Source: Takakia lepidozioides (taxonomy: Eukaryota > Plantae > Bryophyta). From it: a stretch of 64,000 nucleotides of DNA. Below, one piece after another: positions 32,886 to 45,036 of this stretch. The position numbers were made by a program, and so were the translations under genes. The DNA lies in assembly GCA_030704615.1 (NCBI GenBank), contig CM060734.1:14508001-14572000 (forward strand), in the 5' to 3' direction. Below the pieces are notes generated by a model. That model worked only from the letters and a program-made list of their open reading frames with translations, made no database searches and had not been told where the DNA came from. Each line of letters begins with the position of its first letter. Position 1 is the first letter of the stretch.

Positions 32886-34430
32886 TTAGGTTAAGTACAA
32901 CTTAAGACGATTGTCGTTTATGCGGGTCAGCAATGGGTCACCATTGATGGTAGCCAATTGTATAGAGCCATTTGGAAAAGCTTCCACCACCCAGTAGGGG
33001 CCGAGCCATCTCATCTTCAATTTACCAGGAAATTTTTGAAAACGGCTATCATAAAGAAGTACCAAATCTTGAGCTTTAAAGATCTTGGGCTTAAGGCAAC
33101 TATCATAATAATCCTTTCGCCACAATTGTGTAACTTCAATGTTCTGTAACGCCTGTCGACGAAGTTCATCCATCTTAACTATTTGCCGCAGACGAGCCGA
33201 TAAGGATGGAACATCGCCCAACCGTTCCTCGATAGCTATGCGGAGGGAAGGAATTTCAAGCTTGATAGGCAATATTACCTCTTGTCCATAAACCAACTGG
33301 AATGGAGTAAATCCGGTAGAAACTTTAAATGCAGTCCGATATGCCCATAATGCAGAAAATAATTTAGTGTCCCAATCACTGCCAGTACCAGAAATTGTCT
33401 TTGTTAGAATACCACAGAGCAACCCATTGGTCTTCTCCGTCTGACCATTAGCCCGTGGGTGATAAGGAGTAGTCTTCCGATGTTTAATGACATATTTGGC
33501 AGTCATCTGCTCAATAATAGAATTCAAAAAATGCGTACCACGGTCGCTCACAAGCTCTCGAGGACAACCAAATCGAGTGATGATATTCTCATAAAGAAAC
33601 TGTGCCACAACCTTGGCCGTATCGGTGCGAGAGACCATGGCTTCAGCCCACTTAGTGACATATTCGGTCGCAACAAGAATATATCGTTTCTGACCATTGC
33701 GAGAAGCAGGGGCTATAGGTCCAACAAAATCGATGCCCCACTTCTCAAAAGATGCGTGTGCAAGAATGGGAACCAAGGGCATAGAGCTCGATCGCACAGG
33801 CTTACCAACGCGTTGGCATGCATCACAACGACGCACATAAGCAAAAGCATCCTTAAACATGGTAGGCCACCAATAACCTGCCAATAACACCTTCCGTCCG
33901 GTGGCATCTCCTGCAAAGTGACCGCCACAAGAATCGGCATGGCACCCTTCAAGTATCGTCGGAACTTCAGCTTCCAAAATGCAACGTCGCAATACACCAT
34001 CATTCCCAAGCTTGTACAATGTTTCGCCAATAATTGTATAAGGCGCAGTCTTCTCGACCAACCGACGCTTCTGCTTCTCAGTATAACCCTCTGGAAATTG
34101 CTGTAACGATAGATAATTAAAGATTAGAGCATACTCCCCTGTCATCACATCAACCACAAAAAGGGCAGCATCTGGAAGAGAATCATCTATCGGCTCTTCG
34201 CCTACTTCCTTCGATAGACGACTTAAATGATCAGCATTAGCATGCTTGCGCCCAGGGCGAACCACAATTTTAAAAGTAAACTCTTGTGATAAAATAACCC
34301 ACCGGGCCACTCTGCCACTCAGCTGAGGTTTATTAGTAAGATATTTTAGTGCATCATGATCAACATGAAAAACAAATGGGTAACCCAATAAATAATGGCG
34401 ATACTTCTGAACCGAATAAATCATGCCCAA
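32886..34430 (-). CDS. Gypsy RNase H C-terminus plus integrase
   Basis: HADSCGGH...CDACQR zinc finger, WGIDFVGP, SDRGTHF, NGQTEKTN and KMRWLGPY. Confidence 0.92.
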   Translation of the reverse strand: MGMIYSVQKYRHYLLGYPFVFHVDHDALKYLTNKPQLSGRVARWVILSQEFTFKIVVRPGRKHANADHLSRLSKEVGEEPIDDSLPDAALFVVDVMTGEYALIFNYLSLQQFPEGYTEKQKRRLVEKTAPYTIIGETLYKLGNDGVLRRCILEAEVPTILEGCHADSCGGHFAGDATGRKVLLAGYWWPTMFKDAFAYVRRCDACQRVGKPVRSSSMPLVPILAHASFEKWGIDFVGPIAPASRNGQKRYILVATEYVTKWAEAMVSRTDTAKVVAQFLYENIITRFGCPRELVSDRGTHFLNSIIEQMTAKYVIKHRKTTPYHPRANGQTEKTNGLLCGILTKTISGTGSDWDTKLFSALWAYRTAFKVSTGFTPFQLVYGQEVILPIKLEIPSLRIAIEERLGDVPSLSARLRQIVKMDELRRQALQNIEVTQLWRKDYYDSCLKPKIFKAQDLVLLYDSRFQKFPGKLKMRWLGPYWVVEAFPNGSIQLATINGDPLLTRINDNRLKLYLT

Positions 34431-34436
34431 ACCTTC

Positions 34437-34860
34437 TCATTCAGTGGTAGTATAATTTTTCTCCGCCGCAGCCAATTCACGACTTGCAAAATATATCGGA
34501 TGGTCAAACGACTTTTCATCCTTCTGACTTAGAACGCTACCAATGGCATAGTTTGAGGCATCCACATATACCTGAAACTCCTTATTCCAATCGGGGGAAA
34601 TCAAGATAGGCGCCTTTATCAATCGACCTTTTAATTCATAAAAAGAATGCTGACATTCTTTTGTCCACTGTTGCTCGGCGTCGTGTTTCAATAATTGCGT
34701 CAATGGTAAGGCAATCTCGGCATATCGACGGATAAAGCAGCGATAGTAACCCACATGTCCCAAAAAGGCACGTACCTTTGTCACTGTCGTGGGGGTAGGT
34801 AATTGGATAATAATCTCAATCTTGGTGGGGTCAGTCAATATCCCTCGAATTGATACAATT
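34437..34860 (-). pseudogene. Gypsy RT connection/RNase H fragment
   Basis: VRAFLGHVGYYR, YVDASNYAIGSVLSQ, AEKNYTTTE followed by a premature TGA. Confidence 0.9.
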
Positions 34861-34967
34861 GGCCTAAAAGCTTCCCCTTGGTAACCAAAAATTGACATTT
34901 TCCTGCATTCAGGGAGATTCCATACACATATTTCATACTCCTTACATTTGCTGCCCAGTTCACATTA

Positions 34968-35170
34968 CCTTCATGGTCTGTTCCAACACATTCATCTCCC
35001 CTTCCTGCTCAATGCGATAAGAAACAAATTGCCTGCTACTTGCTTGGTAATCTCCGCCAATTGCCTCTCCAATTCATTAACACGACCCTCTTTCGACTTC
35101 ATCTGCTCTGTCTGTGTGGCAATCACTGCATCCTTCTCAACAATAGCCTGTTGATGACGAGCCTCTTTCT
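34968..35170 (-). repeat. Internally deleted direct copy of ~31252-31510
   Basis: Near-identical CCTTCATGGTCTGTTCCA...GATGACGAGCCTCTTT. Confidence 0.8.
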
Positions 35171-36774
35171 GCACTTTGTCACTTTGTTCTTTCCTGTGAA
35201 TGATGGTGTGTTATGGTTTTCCAAATAATATTAAAAACCAAATGGATATGCCACATGGTAGTTTCTGGAGACGCCATCCACAAAACCTTCTGACTTATTA
35301 AAAAGAGACACGTTTACAATTTGCAGCAGCACACTAAGTCATGTATGGTAGAAGTACATATGACTGTCAAATGAGATATATCACTTGGTATCATCTAACT
35401 GCAGTCATCCATGATCGACCATCTTGTACTCATTGTATTCACTTGGTTTGCACGACTTGCAGTCAGCGCAGTCATATGTACCATTTACGACTACGGGATA
35501 ACCATATATACAATATATACCACGATCTGTTGTAGTGGTTGGGAAGTATCTCTCTCTCCCTTCTTAAACCTAGCAATATTTCATGCAAGGCATCTTGGGC
35601 AAGTAAGAACAACCTGCTATATTACAGATTCAAGATATGTACACACAAGCATCTTGATGGACCAGCTTGCAGTTTTTCAGATTCCAAACATGCAACCAAG
35701 TAACCCTCTTGGGCGTGACAAGACAGATTGCAGCCTCATTCTATACCATTCATAATTGCCCCAAGACATGCATCATGTAAGGCATCTTGGGCATGGAAGA
35801 ACGGCCTGCCATATTACAGATTCAAGACATGGACACACAAACATCTTGAGTGCCCGAGACTAGGCCCTCTTGGCCAGAAAATAATCCATACATTGCAGGT
35901 AACTGGCCTGATGGCAAGACAAGACTAATAATCTTTGGCAAAGGTCCATTAGAGTTTACCAACACTGTTTTCCAAGAGGCTTATGCCATGGTTTGCAAAT
36001 AAACCTCACTATGCTCCATTCCACACCAGATTTAGGCCTGAAAGAGGCCTGTCAGTGCCTTATCAGGCTGCCATCTTAAAAATCAAGGCCTCTTCTTCCT
36101 TAGAACCTAACAGCCACTGAGGCCTTACCCATAAAACTCAACTCCTCTTTAAGGCCAAAACAGTACCTAGCTTAATAATCCACAGGCACCGCTGTCAAAG
36201 ATTAAAAGACAAGGTAAGGTCCAGATGTTGGGCTTCAAGAGATAGGCCTGCCCGGCCGAAATGCCCCATCAAAGGCAGCAAAACATAAGTCAAAAGTAAG
36301 CATCAGCATGCCAAACCAGGAGCAAGCAGGCCGAAATCGGGGCTGCAGGCAGTAGCCAAGTCAAGACGCCATACACAAGAGGTTCCCTTTGCCCACATCT
36401 GTATTTGCAAGCTCAAGAAAATTCAAAGCAAGTAGGGATCCTCACCTGGTCCCATTACAAGCCCCCACAAAAACCAACAGGTTAGTGAGGATTGTGGAAC
36501 CCTAGGTGAATCACAGACCCCTACACTTGTCATCGATATCAACTAAGAACCTCAAAAGCAAGAGAGAAAGACATAAAGCACAATGAACCCTAATCACCAA
36601 AAGCACCTTGAGCGATTGGGGAAGAGAACTGTGTGCCATCACCACCGGCAAGCCACCTCCAGCAAAGCAAAGGAGAAGTGAAGTATACAAGCACACTTTT
36701 TATCATGAATGATTGGGTGAAATCAATCGGGAAGTCATGACTAGAATGGAAGTGTTAGATGGTGCCCTGTTTAT

Positions 36775-37147
36775 GTGTCATTATGAGTGTATTAAGCGCC
36801 GGCGGCTGTTACAATCTGTTACGACTGATAGATTGGGGTGGCGGTTAGGTTTTAATGATTGTATCCGTATTTGCCAGCTGTTAGGTCAGGTTCTCCTAAG
36901 CGATAGATAGGAGTAGGGCTCTTCTTGCCATTCTTCTTGCCATCTGCCAGTGTTCTTGCATTTCGCATAGTCTGTCACAGTGAGCAGTGAGTGTACTGAG
37001 TGACAGAGAGTATTGAGTGCAGTGAGTGTTGGGGAGCAAACTAGTGTTTCAAGTCAATCCGTCAAGATGGTGAAGAAAGCTGTGCAGCAACCATTGCCAC
37101 CGCCAATTTCTATGATGGCAGAAGAATTACGGAGTTGTGACATTGCT
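36775..37147 (+). repeat. Inverted copy of ~32455-32831 (post-integrase region and start of the extra ORF)
   Basis: GTGTCATTATGAGTGTATTAA...GGAGTTGTGACATTGCT matches the reverse complement. Confidence 0.85.
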
Positions 37148-38380
37148 GATAGCTAGGGGGCAACATAAACCATCGTGCTCAGAATGCTTGCACCTCCAAA
37201 ACTTGCGGTTAAAAAAGGTGCAAGTTTCTTTTCATAGTGACTTACATGGCACATCTGCATGACACAAGGGTTAGCAAATGACAAGAATGTTCAGATGTAT
37301 CACTCCTAGTTCTCATTAAGTACAACATATAGTTACATTCATGACCCTTGTTGTGATCATGACAAGCTGTCACCAGCCTGAGGATAAACTTCAAGAGTAT
37401 TTCCCAAAGGATGTAGATAGTACACAGTACAAAACCCACTGTGTAAGGAGGGCTTTACAACAAATATTACTTCTTTTCTCTTGAACTATCAAGAATCGCG
37501 TTTCTTCCACCCATTGGCAATCCACTTGCACTGTTGCTCTCATGTTCCTCTTCTATCTTCTTACCCTCACTCCATCTCCAAACCAAAGATACAAGTCCAA
37601 CTGTCTTGACTCTCCATCCTTTTCCATCCAGATCTCCACCAGTGTACTATTTGTCTGCAGTAGTATAACTGCAGCATAGTCAGAAACTTGAGATTGTATA
37701 AGGTTAGAACATACTCTATCGTTCCCCAAGTGTTTTCTTAAGTCTTTGTTGACTAGACATCTAGTGAGACATGGAGATATTTCCTTCTTGTACACCATAC
37801 TGCTGCTGGTGACAAGTAGCAGAAATCTAACAATGAGAACCAAAGAAACCAAGAACTACTGAAAGCTCAAGCATTGCACAACAGAGGAATACCTCATGCA
37901 GGGATCTCCTCATCCTGGATATAACAAACCCACGGGGCAGTACTGAGCATCAAAAGGGGAGAGAGGGGAGGGTGCAATGACAAACAACTTAGTAACAGAG
38001 TCAAGAGATTCAACACTCAAATGGCTGACAGAAGGGTGGTCCCTTGAGGCCCACATCCAGTCCATTTCACAACTTGCTTCTTTGCCCTCATCCAAATGGC
38101 CTCAAGTCCCGCAAGAAAGCATGTCTTCAGAAATGGCCATATCCTCATCCATCTACATACTCTATGCCACATATGTTACCCTAATGAAACCTTCTCTTAC
38201 CACTAGATCCTCAACCAGTGCAACCCATTAGAAATATAGATACAATCTTTAGCACCGTAGGTGCTGGGACTTCCCTGTGACAATTGAAGGTCAGTGCAAA
38301 GTATTCACTCACTTTGATTCCAACCTGGGAAGTGATGTTCCCGGACACACCCTAATTACAGATTTGGTGGTGAGAAACAA

Positions 38381-39208
38381 CTAGCTACCACTTGGACAAC
38401 CAAAAAAACGCTCCAAAGACTCTGCACCAAATACATTCGATGCAATTGCCGCTGTTACCACAGGCGTAACATGAAGCTGGTGACGAATGAAGGGGGCTAA
38501 TGCAGCAATTATGTCCCGGAGAGTGTCCACATGCCAGTCGGGCTCCAGCTGCCGCACAAATGATGACCTGCCAGCCTCGGTGCTACAAAAGAGAACTTTG
38601 TTCCGATTCAAACCCCCAACTGAGAACACTCCAACGGAATCCAAAGCGGCCAACACAGATGCCTCACCTGCATCATCCTCAACCCTGGCAACGAGATAAA
38701 GATCGCAAGTGCGAGCAATCTCTAGTAGCACCTCGACCACCGCCGGCCTCACTACCGCATGCTTTTGAAGCTCTTCAGTGGAAGTCTCCTCCAAGATTAC
38801 TCCCAGCAGCTGACAAGTCACCTTCCTGCCCCCATTCAATTGTCGCCTCACCATTTGAGCCAAGGTAAGCTGAGCAGGCGCTGGGGCCTCGATAATGCTG
38901 CTACGGTGGGTGGCCTGCGTGATAGACCGCGACACTGCCGTGGATGACCCTCCTGCATCCAAATCCATGGGAGCTGCATCCGCGGAGGTCGGCACTCCTT
39001 CGCGCTTGTGGGGATCACGTTGCCTATTAGGCACCTTGAGGTACTTCCAGGTGCACACCAACGCAATTGCCAACCCCGCGGCAGCCCCTACCGAGCTAGC
39101 ATTCTTGTAGCGAAAAAGCAATCCAAGGAGGTGAGACAGTTTGAGCGTCAGAGATACATTAAGACCACGCAATAACTGCACCAGCTCCTCCGCTATAGAC
39201 TCACCCAT
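38381..39208 (-). CDS. PEX22: Peroxisome biogenesis protein 22 (plant type), single coding exon
   Basis: N-terminal TM (SVGAAAGLAIALVCTW); GRKVTCQLLGVILEE, KVLFCSTEAGRSSFVRQLEPDWHVD and FIRHQLHV match plant PEX22. Intact 275-aa ORF. Confidence 0.92.
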   Translation of the reverse strand: MGESIAEELVQLLRGLNVSLTLKLSHLLGLLFRYKNASSVGAAAGLAIALVCTWKYLKVPNRQRDPHKREGVPTSADAAPMDLDAGGSSTAVSRSITQATHRSSIIEAPAPAQLTLAQMVRRQLNGGRKVTCQLLGVILEETSTEELQKHAVVRPAVVEVLLEIARTCDLYLVARVEDDAGEASVLAALDSVGVFSVGGLNRNKVLFCSTEAGRSSFVRQLEPDWHVDTLRDIIAALAPFIRHQLHVTPVVTAAIASNVFGAESLERFFGCPSGS

Positions 39209-39906
39209 GCCTCCCCGTATCCCTAGTCTCCTTCTCCACTGGTCTCGGCAAGTAGCTCTCTAACTAGGCCACAAGAGCAGTAACGTCCCTCGGACGACTT
39301 TCACTTGCAAAGCGGGGCTCTTGAGCGGGACAGAGCTCCATGAACGTGTCTTTGAGACACAGTCCTACTCGAACACGGCTGGATATCTGGGTGCGAAGCC
39401 CTGAAAGACGAACCCTCCAATAGAAGCACCAACAGAGATGAACAGCGACAACATTTTCAGATTTTCTCACAGAATTCGTGTCTGGTGAGCAAACCCGGCA
39501 CCAAGGCACACCCGCCCCTCAACAAAGACCACCCTCCACAACTCAATCCCTGTTCTCCTTCAAACCCCAACCCTCCTGCCCCACTTCTTCAATTGTTAAA
39601 CATCATTGAGCAGCGCTTGTGCTTGTCCCTTCTAGGATTTGGCTCCAGAGCGGTAGATGAATGTACCATTTTGGGGGGGGGGGGTGGGGGGGGGGGGTTA
39701 ATTATATATTCTTTTATTTTTTACAGAACAGGGACAGTGGCCCTGATAACTTTATTTGGAATTATTGGACGGGAAAATGTTAAAACCCTCGGGTACACCA
39801 TAAGGCACACACACTATAGTGAGTGAATGAAGAACCATGCTACTCTGATGAGTAATTTGCGAACTCCAAGGCCATCGACCTTTAATGATGAACTAACTAG
39901 TATTTC

Positions 39907-41685
39907 TGTCGCGACCCCTTGCTGGGGCAGTGGCAGCAGTAGGAAAAGGGCAAGGAGGCGGAGGCGCTCACTAGGTGGAGCCCCACAAACCGGGTTGCAG
40001 TAGGGGGCCTCCACATGGGGTGGTGGTAGCTTAGGGAGTCGTAGAGGGGGTGGCATAGGACTCACCATGGGGCTGAGGCCTTGTGGTGGGAGTCGTGGGG
40101 AGTCTTGGGGCTCACCACGGTCCATTAGGGCCGTGGTGGATGGGCCAAGACTCACTGCGACTCGTCACAGGGAATCGAGGGCCTTGGTGGTGGCTTACCA
40201 TAAAAGGACTTGGTTGTTTGTGAGACCCCCGTCGACACCTACAGAAGTATATATAGGGAGTAGTAACCCTAAGAATGGTGCAAGCCCGTTAAGCGATCAA
40301 AAGCAAGTGAACAACCAAGCGAGCCGGAAAGCGGCCAAAGTGTGGGGAGCTGTTTCGGACTGCCAATAATCAAAAGGAAATTTCCACTGGGCCCGACTCG
40401 TCGAGGGTCCCATGGGGAAGTAAGGGGGGACCGTTATGCCCCAGTGAGCAGCCGAAGCTCCGAGTTGGGACGGCGGCTACTTTGGAAGTTAAGCGGGCGC
40501 ATCAAAGCGAGTAACTTTGACTTGAAGGGAAGTTTAGCGAAGTGAGGTGCGCAACACTTGGTATCAGAGCCTAGAGTTTAGTACGCGATCGTCCTTGAGA
40601 TCGGTCTCACCCTGGGGTCGGGCAAGAACAAGCGAAGGCGGAACGGCCCGAAAGCCGATGAGCCTAGTGAGCTCGATAGGGGCGGCGCGTTACCGGAGCG
40701 GCAACTGAAAGAGGCAAGCTATGCTTCTGAAGGTGATGACGCTCAAGAGCGAGAGACATTTGAGGAGTCGAGCCCGAGGACCTTCCGAAAGCTCCAGTGG
40801 ATCATCAGATGTCTCCAATGCCACCAGCTTTTTGGGAAGGGCTTTTGGCGCAGTTTGGCGGGACCTTCAAGGATGTGAGCTGCCACCGCCACTTCCACAA
40901 AAGCTAAATTCAAGGTGAAACCTAAGGAACCCAGCACCTTCGAGGGTGTCCGGAATCGGAAGGCACTCAATATGTGGCTCTTGGAGTTGGAGTAGTACTT
41001 CCGGGCAGCCAAGTTGAGTGACGAGGACCGAGTGGAGGTAGCTCCCACCTGTTTGAAAAGCTATGCTCAACAATGGTGGCAGAAGCGTCTTCAGGACTAA
41101 GGGGCAAGTTCGGAGGCCATGAGCTGGAGTGGGTTCAAGGAATTCATGAAGAAGTAGTTCGTACTCCTCAATGCAATCTGGCTCGCCTGGGACAAGATGA
41201 AGAACTTGAAACAGACAGATGACATTCGGGGCTATGTTCAAGCTTTCAATGTGCTATTTTTCAAAGTTGCAAACATAGCGGAACCAGAAATGGTCTTCAA
41301 AATTATGGCGGGATTGGCCCCATAGGCCAGGCGTAAGTTGGAAGAGATGCCACCAAAGACTTTAAATGAGGCAATTGAAAGGGCTGAATGCTTTTTGGAT
41401 GTCCATAGGGGCGAAAGACAGAACCGTATGGAGCTGAACCACAAGAAAGTCCGACTGGAGGGGCATGACTTGAGTCTAGGGGTTAAGTCGCAGTTCCAAT
41501 TGTAGACTGGACTGCTCCAATACAAACAAAAACGTCTTTATGTGTCGAAGGGAGGGCTCAGAGCAAGTCTCTTGAGGGAGTGTCATGATGGCCCGCTTAC
41601 CGACCACAGCGGGGCCAAGTGCACCGCGACACTCTTGAAGAATGAGTATTTCTGGTCCAAAATAAGGGAAGAGGCCGAGGAGTAT
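39907..41685 (+). mobile_element. Internally deleted chromovirus-like gypsy: LTR 39907-40556, tRNA-Met PBS, degenerate gag, integrase fragment
   Basis: TG...CA segment followed by TGGTATCAGAGC (40559-40570); KPKEPSTFEG...AQQWWQ gag with stops; LRECHDGP...YFWSKIREEAEEY interrupted at 41686. Confidence 0.8.
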
Positions 41686-43618
41686 TGTTAGAGGGCTGCT
41701 TGGGACTTAGACGCTTTTACGGGTTCTGTGGGGTACCCTTAATTTTTGCGCAGACTGAGACCAACATGAGCCTTAGGGGTGGCAGCAGCAGGCTTTAGGG
41801 GGATTACCGCCACAGCTTCGCACAGCCAGTCACAGCCCGACACAGCTTCACACAGCCCGACACAGCTTTACACAGCCTGTCACAGTACATAGGAAACAGT
41901 TATCATTGACAGGAAACGACTGTGAGGGAACGACATCTGCAGAGGGAACGTGTTACTTCAGGGGTGACGGTTAGTTAGTTAGGTGGTTAGAACAGCTTGC
42001 GGGTAGAAAAGGAGAGCGGCAACGGGAAGGGGATCACTTCTGGAGGAGGGCGACTTGTTCAGGAGTAGAAGAAACGTAACGGAGAGCAGGAAACAGTGTA
42101 GAGGAGATGATGACTTGAATGAGGCTTAGTTCATGCAAGCTGTAGAATTATACTGTAGGGCAGATTAAAGTCACCATGGCATTGGCCTGATACCTGATAC
42201 CTGATAAATCATAATCTGATACTTATACGATACAAACACACTGTGTAGAGAGACATGAGTGAAGTTGTGGAATGAATGCATGATTAACCGTAACTTAGTA
42301 GATACTGAAGCAATCTGATGCTTCAGTATACACGGTAAGGTAGATTGATAACATGAAGGCAAGAAAGAATACAAATATGAAGCACAACCATGATACACTA
42401 GCTGCAGGTCATGACTGATTGTTCTGAGCGGGCTGAGTGCTTAGAGATATCCAACTCTTCTATCTTGGAGTTTCCACCTCGGATAGCGAAAGGATGGTGA
42501 GTAAAAGCCGCTCGACATTTGGCGACCGTACTGGGAGACTGGGTCATGAACAACCAGATGTGACAGACATCTGGTGGGATCATGGTGGTTGGAGAATTAA
42601 AGAATTTGATTGGAGTCAAATTCCTTGTGAAACTGAGAAGGAAAGATTGTCCAAGCAATTCTTTAAGAGGTTCTTGGAATTGCCAGACGGTTGTAAAGAA
42701 AACATTCTTAAGAGAGTGCATGATGCTGACCCTGAGTGGGGTTTGGAGAAAGGAGTGATAAAGATTTATCAGGTGGCCTGTAGAGGAAGAGCACGTTGGT
42801 TACCAACGCTGGTTTATGTGATAGCATTGCTATCCATTAAGCGAGTAGAGTTTGAAGGCTGGGAGGAAAGGAAAGTGAATGTTTATACTCATATGCATGA
42901 GGAGCTTGTACTGGTAAAAAATTGGATTCCAAAGGATATTCTGTGGATCAAACTCACACCAAGAACAGCTTTCCAGACTTGTTTGCCATATGGTTATATG
43001 GTAACGGAGACTTCTAGTATAGCCAAGGGTGCATTGAAGCTTGAAAGAAACCCAGGCATATATGAGAGATACTACAGAAGAGAGTTTTGGTTATTGCCAC
43101 ATTAAAGAAATGAAAGACATGGGACATGAGTGATGAAAGAGAAGTTAGACTCCAGAGATATTCAGCAAAAAGAGAAAGTTATCTGAAAGCTAATTATCCA
43201 TATCTTTGGGAGAGAAGAATAGACATAGGGGAATCATCTGGACCTCTCACACCATTAAGATCAGAGAGTACATCACCCATACTGGAAGAACTAGAGTTGG
43301 ATGCCACTCCTTCTTTTTCTTTGCAAGAAAGATTAAGGGAATTGGTACAGGAAGAAGATCAACCACGAGGTGAAAGATCCGAGGTACATCCCTGGATAAA
43401 AGATTTGACAGAAATCTTTGATAAGAGTTGGCATGGAATACCAAAAGCAGGAACTCCAGTTTCTGAGACGGAAGATGAAGAAGGAGGAGAGGATGTGGCA
43501 GAGCCAACGGAGAGTTCAGACTCTCCAACTCCATTGCAGTTGAGTTACATGAGTGAAAAAGAAACCCAAGGGCAGAACTTGGAGGATGAAAACAGAGAGA
43601 AGAAATTGGAAGAGGAAG
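41686..43618 (+). mobile_element. 5' part of an Athila/Tat-like gypsy: LTR 41686-42517, PBS, leader ORF, gag N-terminus
   Basis: TGTTAGAG...CTCGACA then TTTGGCGACCGTACTGGGA (same PBS type as 48071); 10-bp CACAGC repeats in the LTR; ORFs homologous to 48072-48800. Confidence 0.75.
42496..43105 (+). CDS. Leader ORF between PBS and gag, unknown function
   Basis: Open frame; GWRIKEF...NWIPKDILWIK resembles GWLLSDF...YWIPKDLLQVR at 48072-48538. Confidence 0.5.
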
Positions 43619-45036
43619 GACATGAGCTTGGAGGATGACACGGATATGCCGACGACGAACATGGCCGAATCGGTGCACTCTTCCTGGCGTGCTTCCTCTG
43701 CGGCACATCTCGTTGATATGTTGACAGCAACAACAGAAGATATTGTGAGGGCCATCATGCAACAATCTCGTTACTACCAGTTTCTGGGAGGAAAGCAATG
43801 GGGTATCGGACCAGACAGGCAGGAGATGCTGATGAGGGCGGCGCATCGTTCGACCGATCCCAAAAAATGGACTGCTGCATTGCGGGAAACAATAAGGTCA
43901 ACACCGTTACACAGTCGGGGGAACTGGCTGGAGGGCGATGTCCGCAGCCGGCCAGTGAAGAGAAGAATTGAGGACATGCCCGGAGGCGATGGGGATTCAT
44001 GGAGATCAGATATGAACATCCGCACTCAACCTCGGGGCGCAATGATGTTGCGTCCCACGCCTCCTCCCAACAGGACTCGTACCCCCTCTCCTGCAGCATC
44101 CATGGAATCGCTGCCAGACTCGGGATACCATGCCGAGGATGAGCATCTTGCTCCTATTTTCGTTACCCAATATAGCAGTCCAATCGTGGAGCGAGATGTG
44201 TCGGCCTCGCAGTGGAGAATTGCATGGACCCGTCCGACATTTCGTGGCAAATGTTGTGCTGTTCGTGTCGACACCAACCAGAGATGCAATGAGATGATTC
44301 GGAGGAGCCCGCAGGGCGGTGTGCCTGCCCCTTGCTTCACAGGGAGATTTGTGTGCGCAAAGTTTGTGGAGGCCACACTGAAGGAGTTTTGGTTCTGCAG
44401 GCACGACATCATGTCGTGTGTGTTCGGCAAGCCCAAGTATGGTGTACAAGGCATGCCTGAACCACCGGCAGTCTGGCCTGTGGCAACTGGTACAGATCTT
44501 ACCCTGGAGGAGGCAGATGCTCTAGGAAGTGCAGGGTTTCGACTGGTGGAGAGGACAGACGTTCAATTCCCAGTCGTCATCCTCCTCCCACGAGAAGCTC
44601 TTCACCCCGCATACCGGTGGGTGACCCCGCAGCTTGGCCCACCCATCGGTGGGGGAAACTAAAAAGACGGTGGCCACCAACAAAGGTGAACGACACCAGG
44701 ATGGCCAACGCTCTTGCCTTGCCCTACATAGTGCAAGGTTGCAGGGATGTTCCTCACCCCGGGATGGGGCGCATATTTCAATTGTCGACAGCCGGGTCTG
44801 CTGCGCGTAGTGTCGTGTATGCAGTCACGGTTTCTCAGTACCCAGCTTGCAACTGTGAGGACTTCCTTGTTATGGAATCGAAGAATGCAGCATACGTCCC
44901 CTTCAAACACCTTTATTACATTTTTCTGAAGCGCATGAGTTGCATATCCACAGTGGACGTCTTCATCCATGCTCCAACACTGAGTTCCAACGAGCTGCAC
45001 AAGGCCCTACGACAGGATACAGATCGGACTGCTTGA
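43619..45036 (+). pseudogene. Mutator-like transposase exon 2, frameshifted near 44600
   Basis: DTDMPTTNMAESVHSSWRASSAAHLVD is identical to the intact copy; SWIM CNCEDF...FKHLYY has lost one Cys. Confidence 0.92.

Larger units (their letters stand above)
29263..34860 (-). mobile_element. Ty3/gypsy (non-chromovirus, Athila/Tat-like) remnant: RNase H, integrase, extra 3' ORFs; contiguous with ~13900-14807 before the MULE inserted
   Basis: RH and IN ORFs, purine tract GTGGGAGGGGG after the IN stop, downstream same-strand ORFs; the TSD links it to the F-box-like ORFs. Confidence 0.75.
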
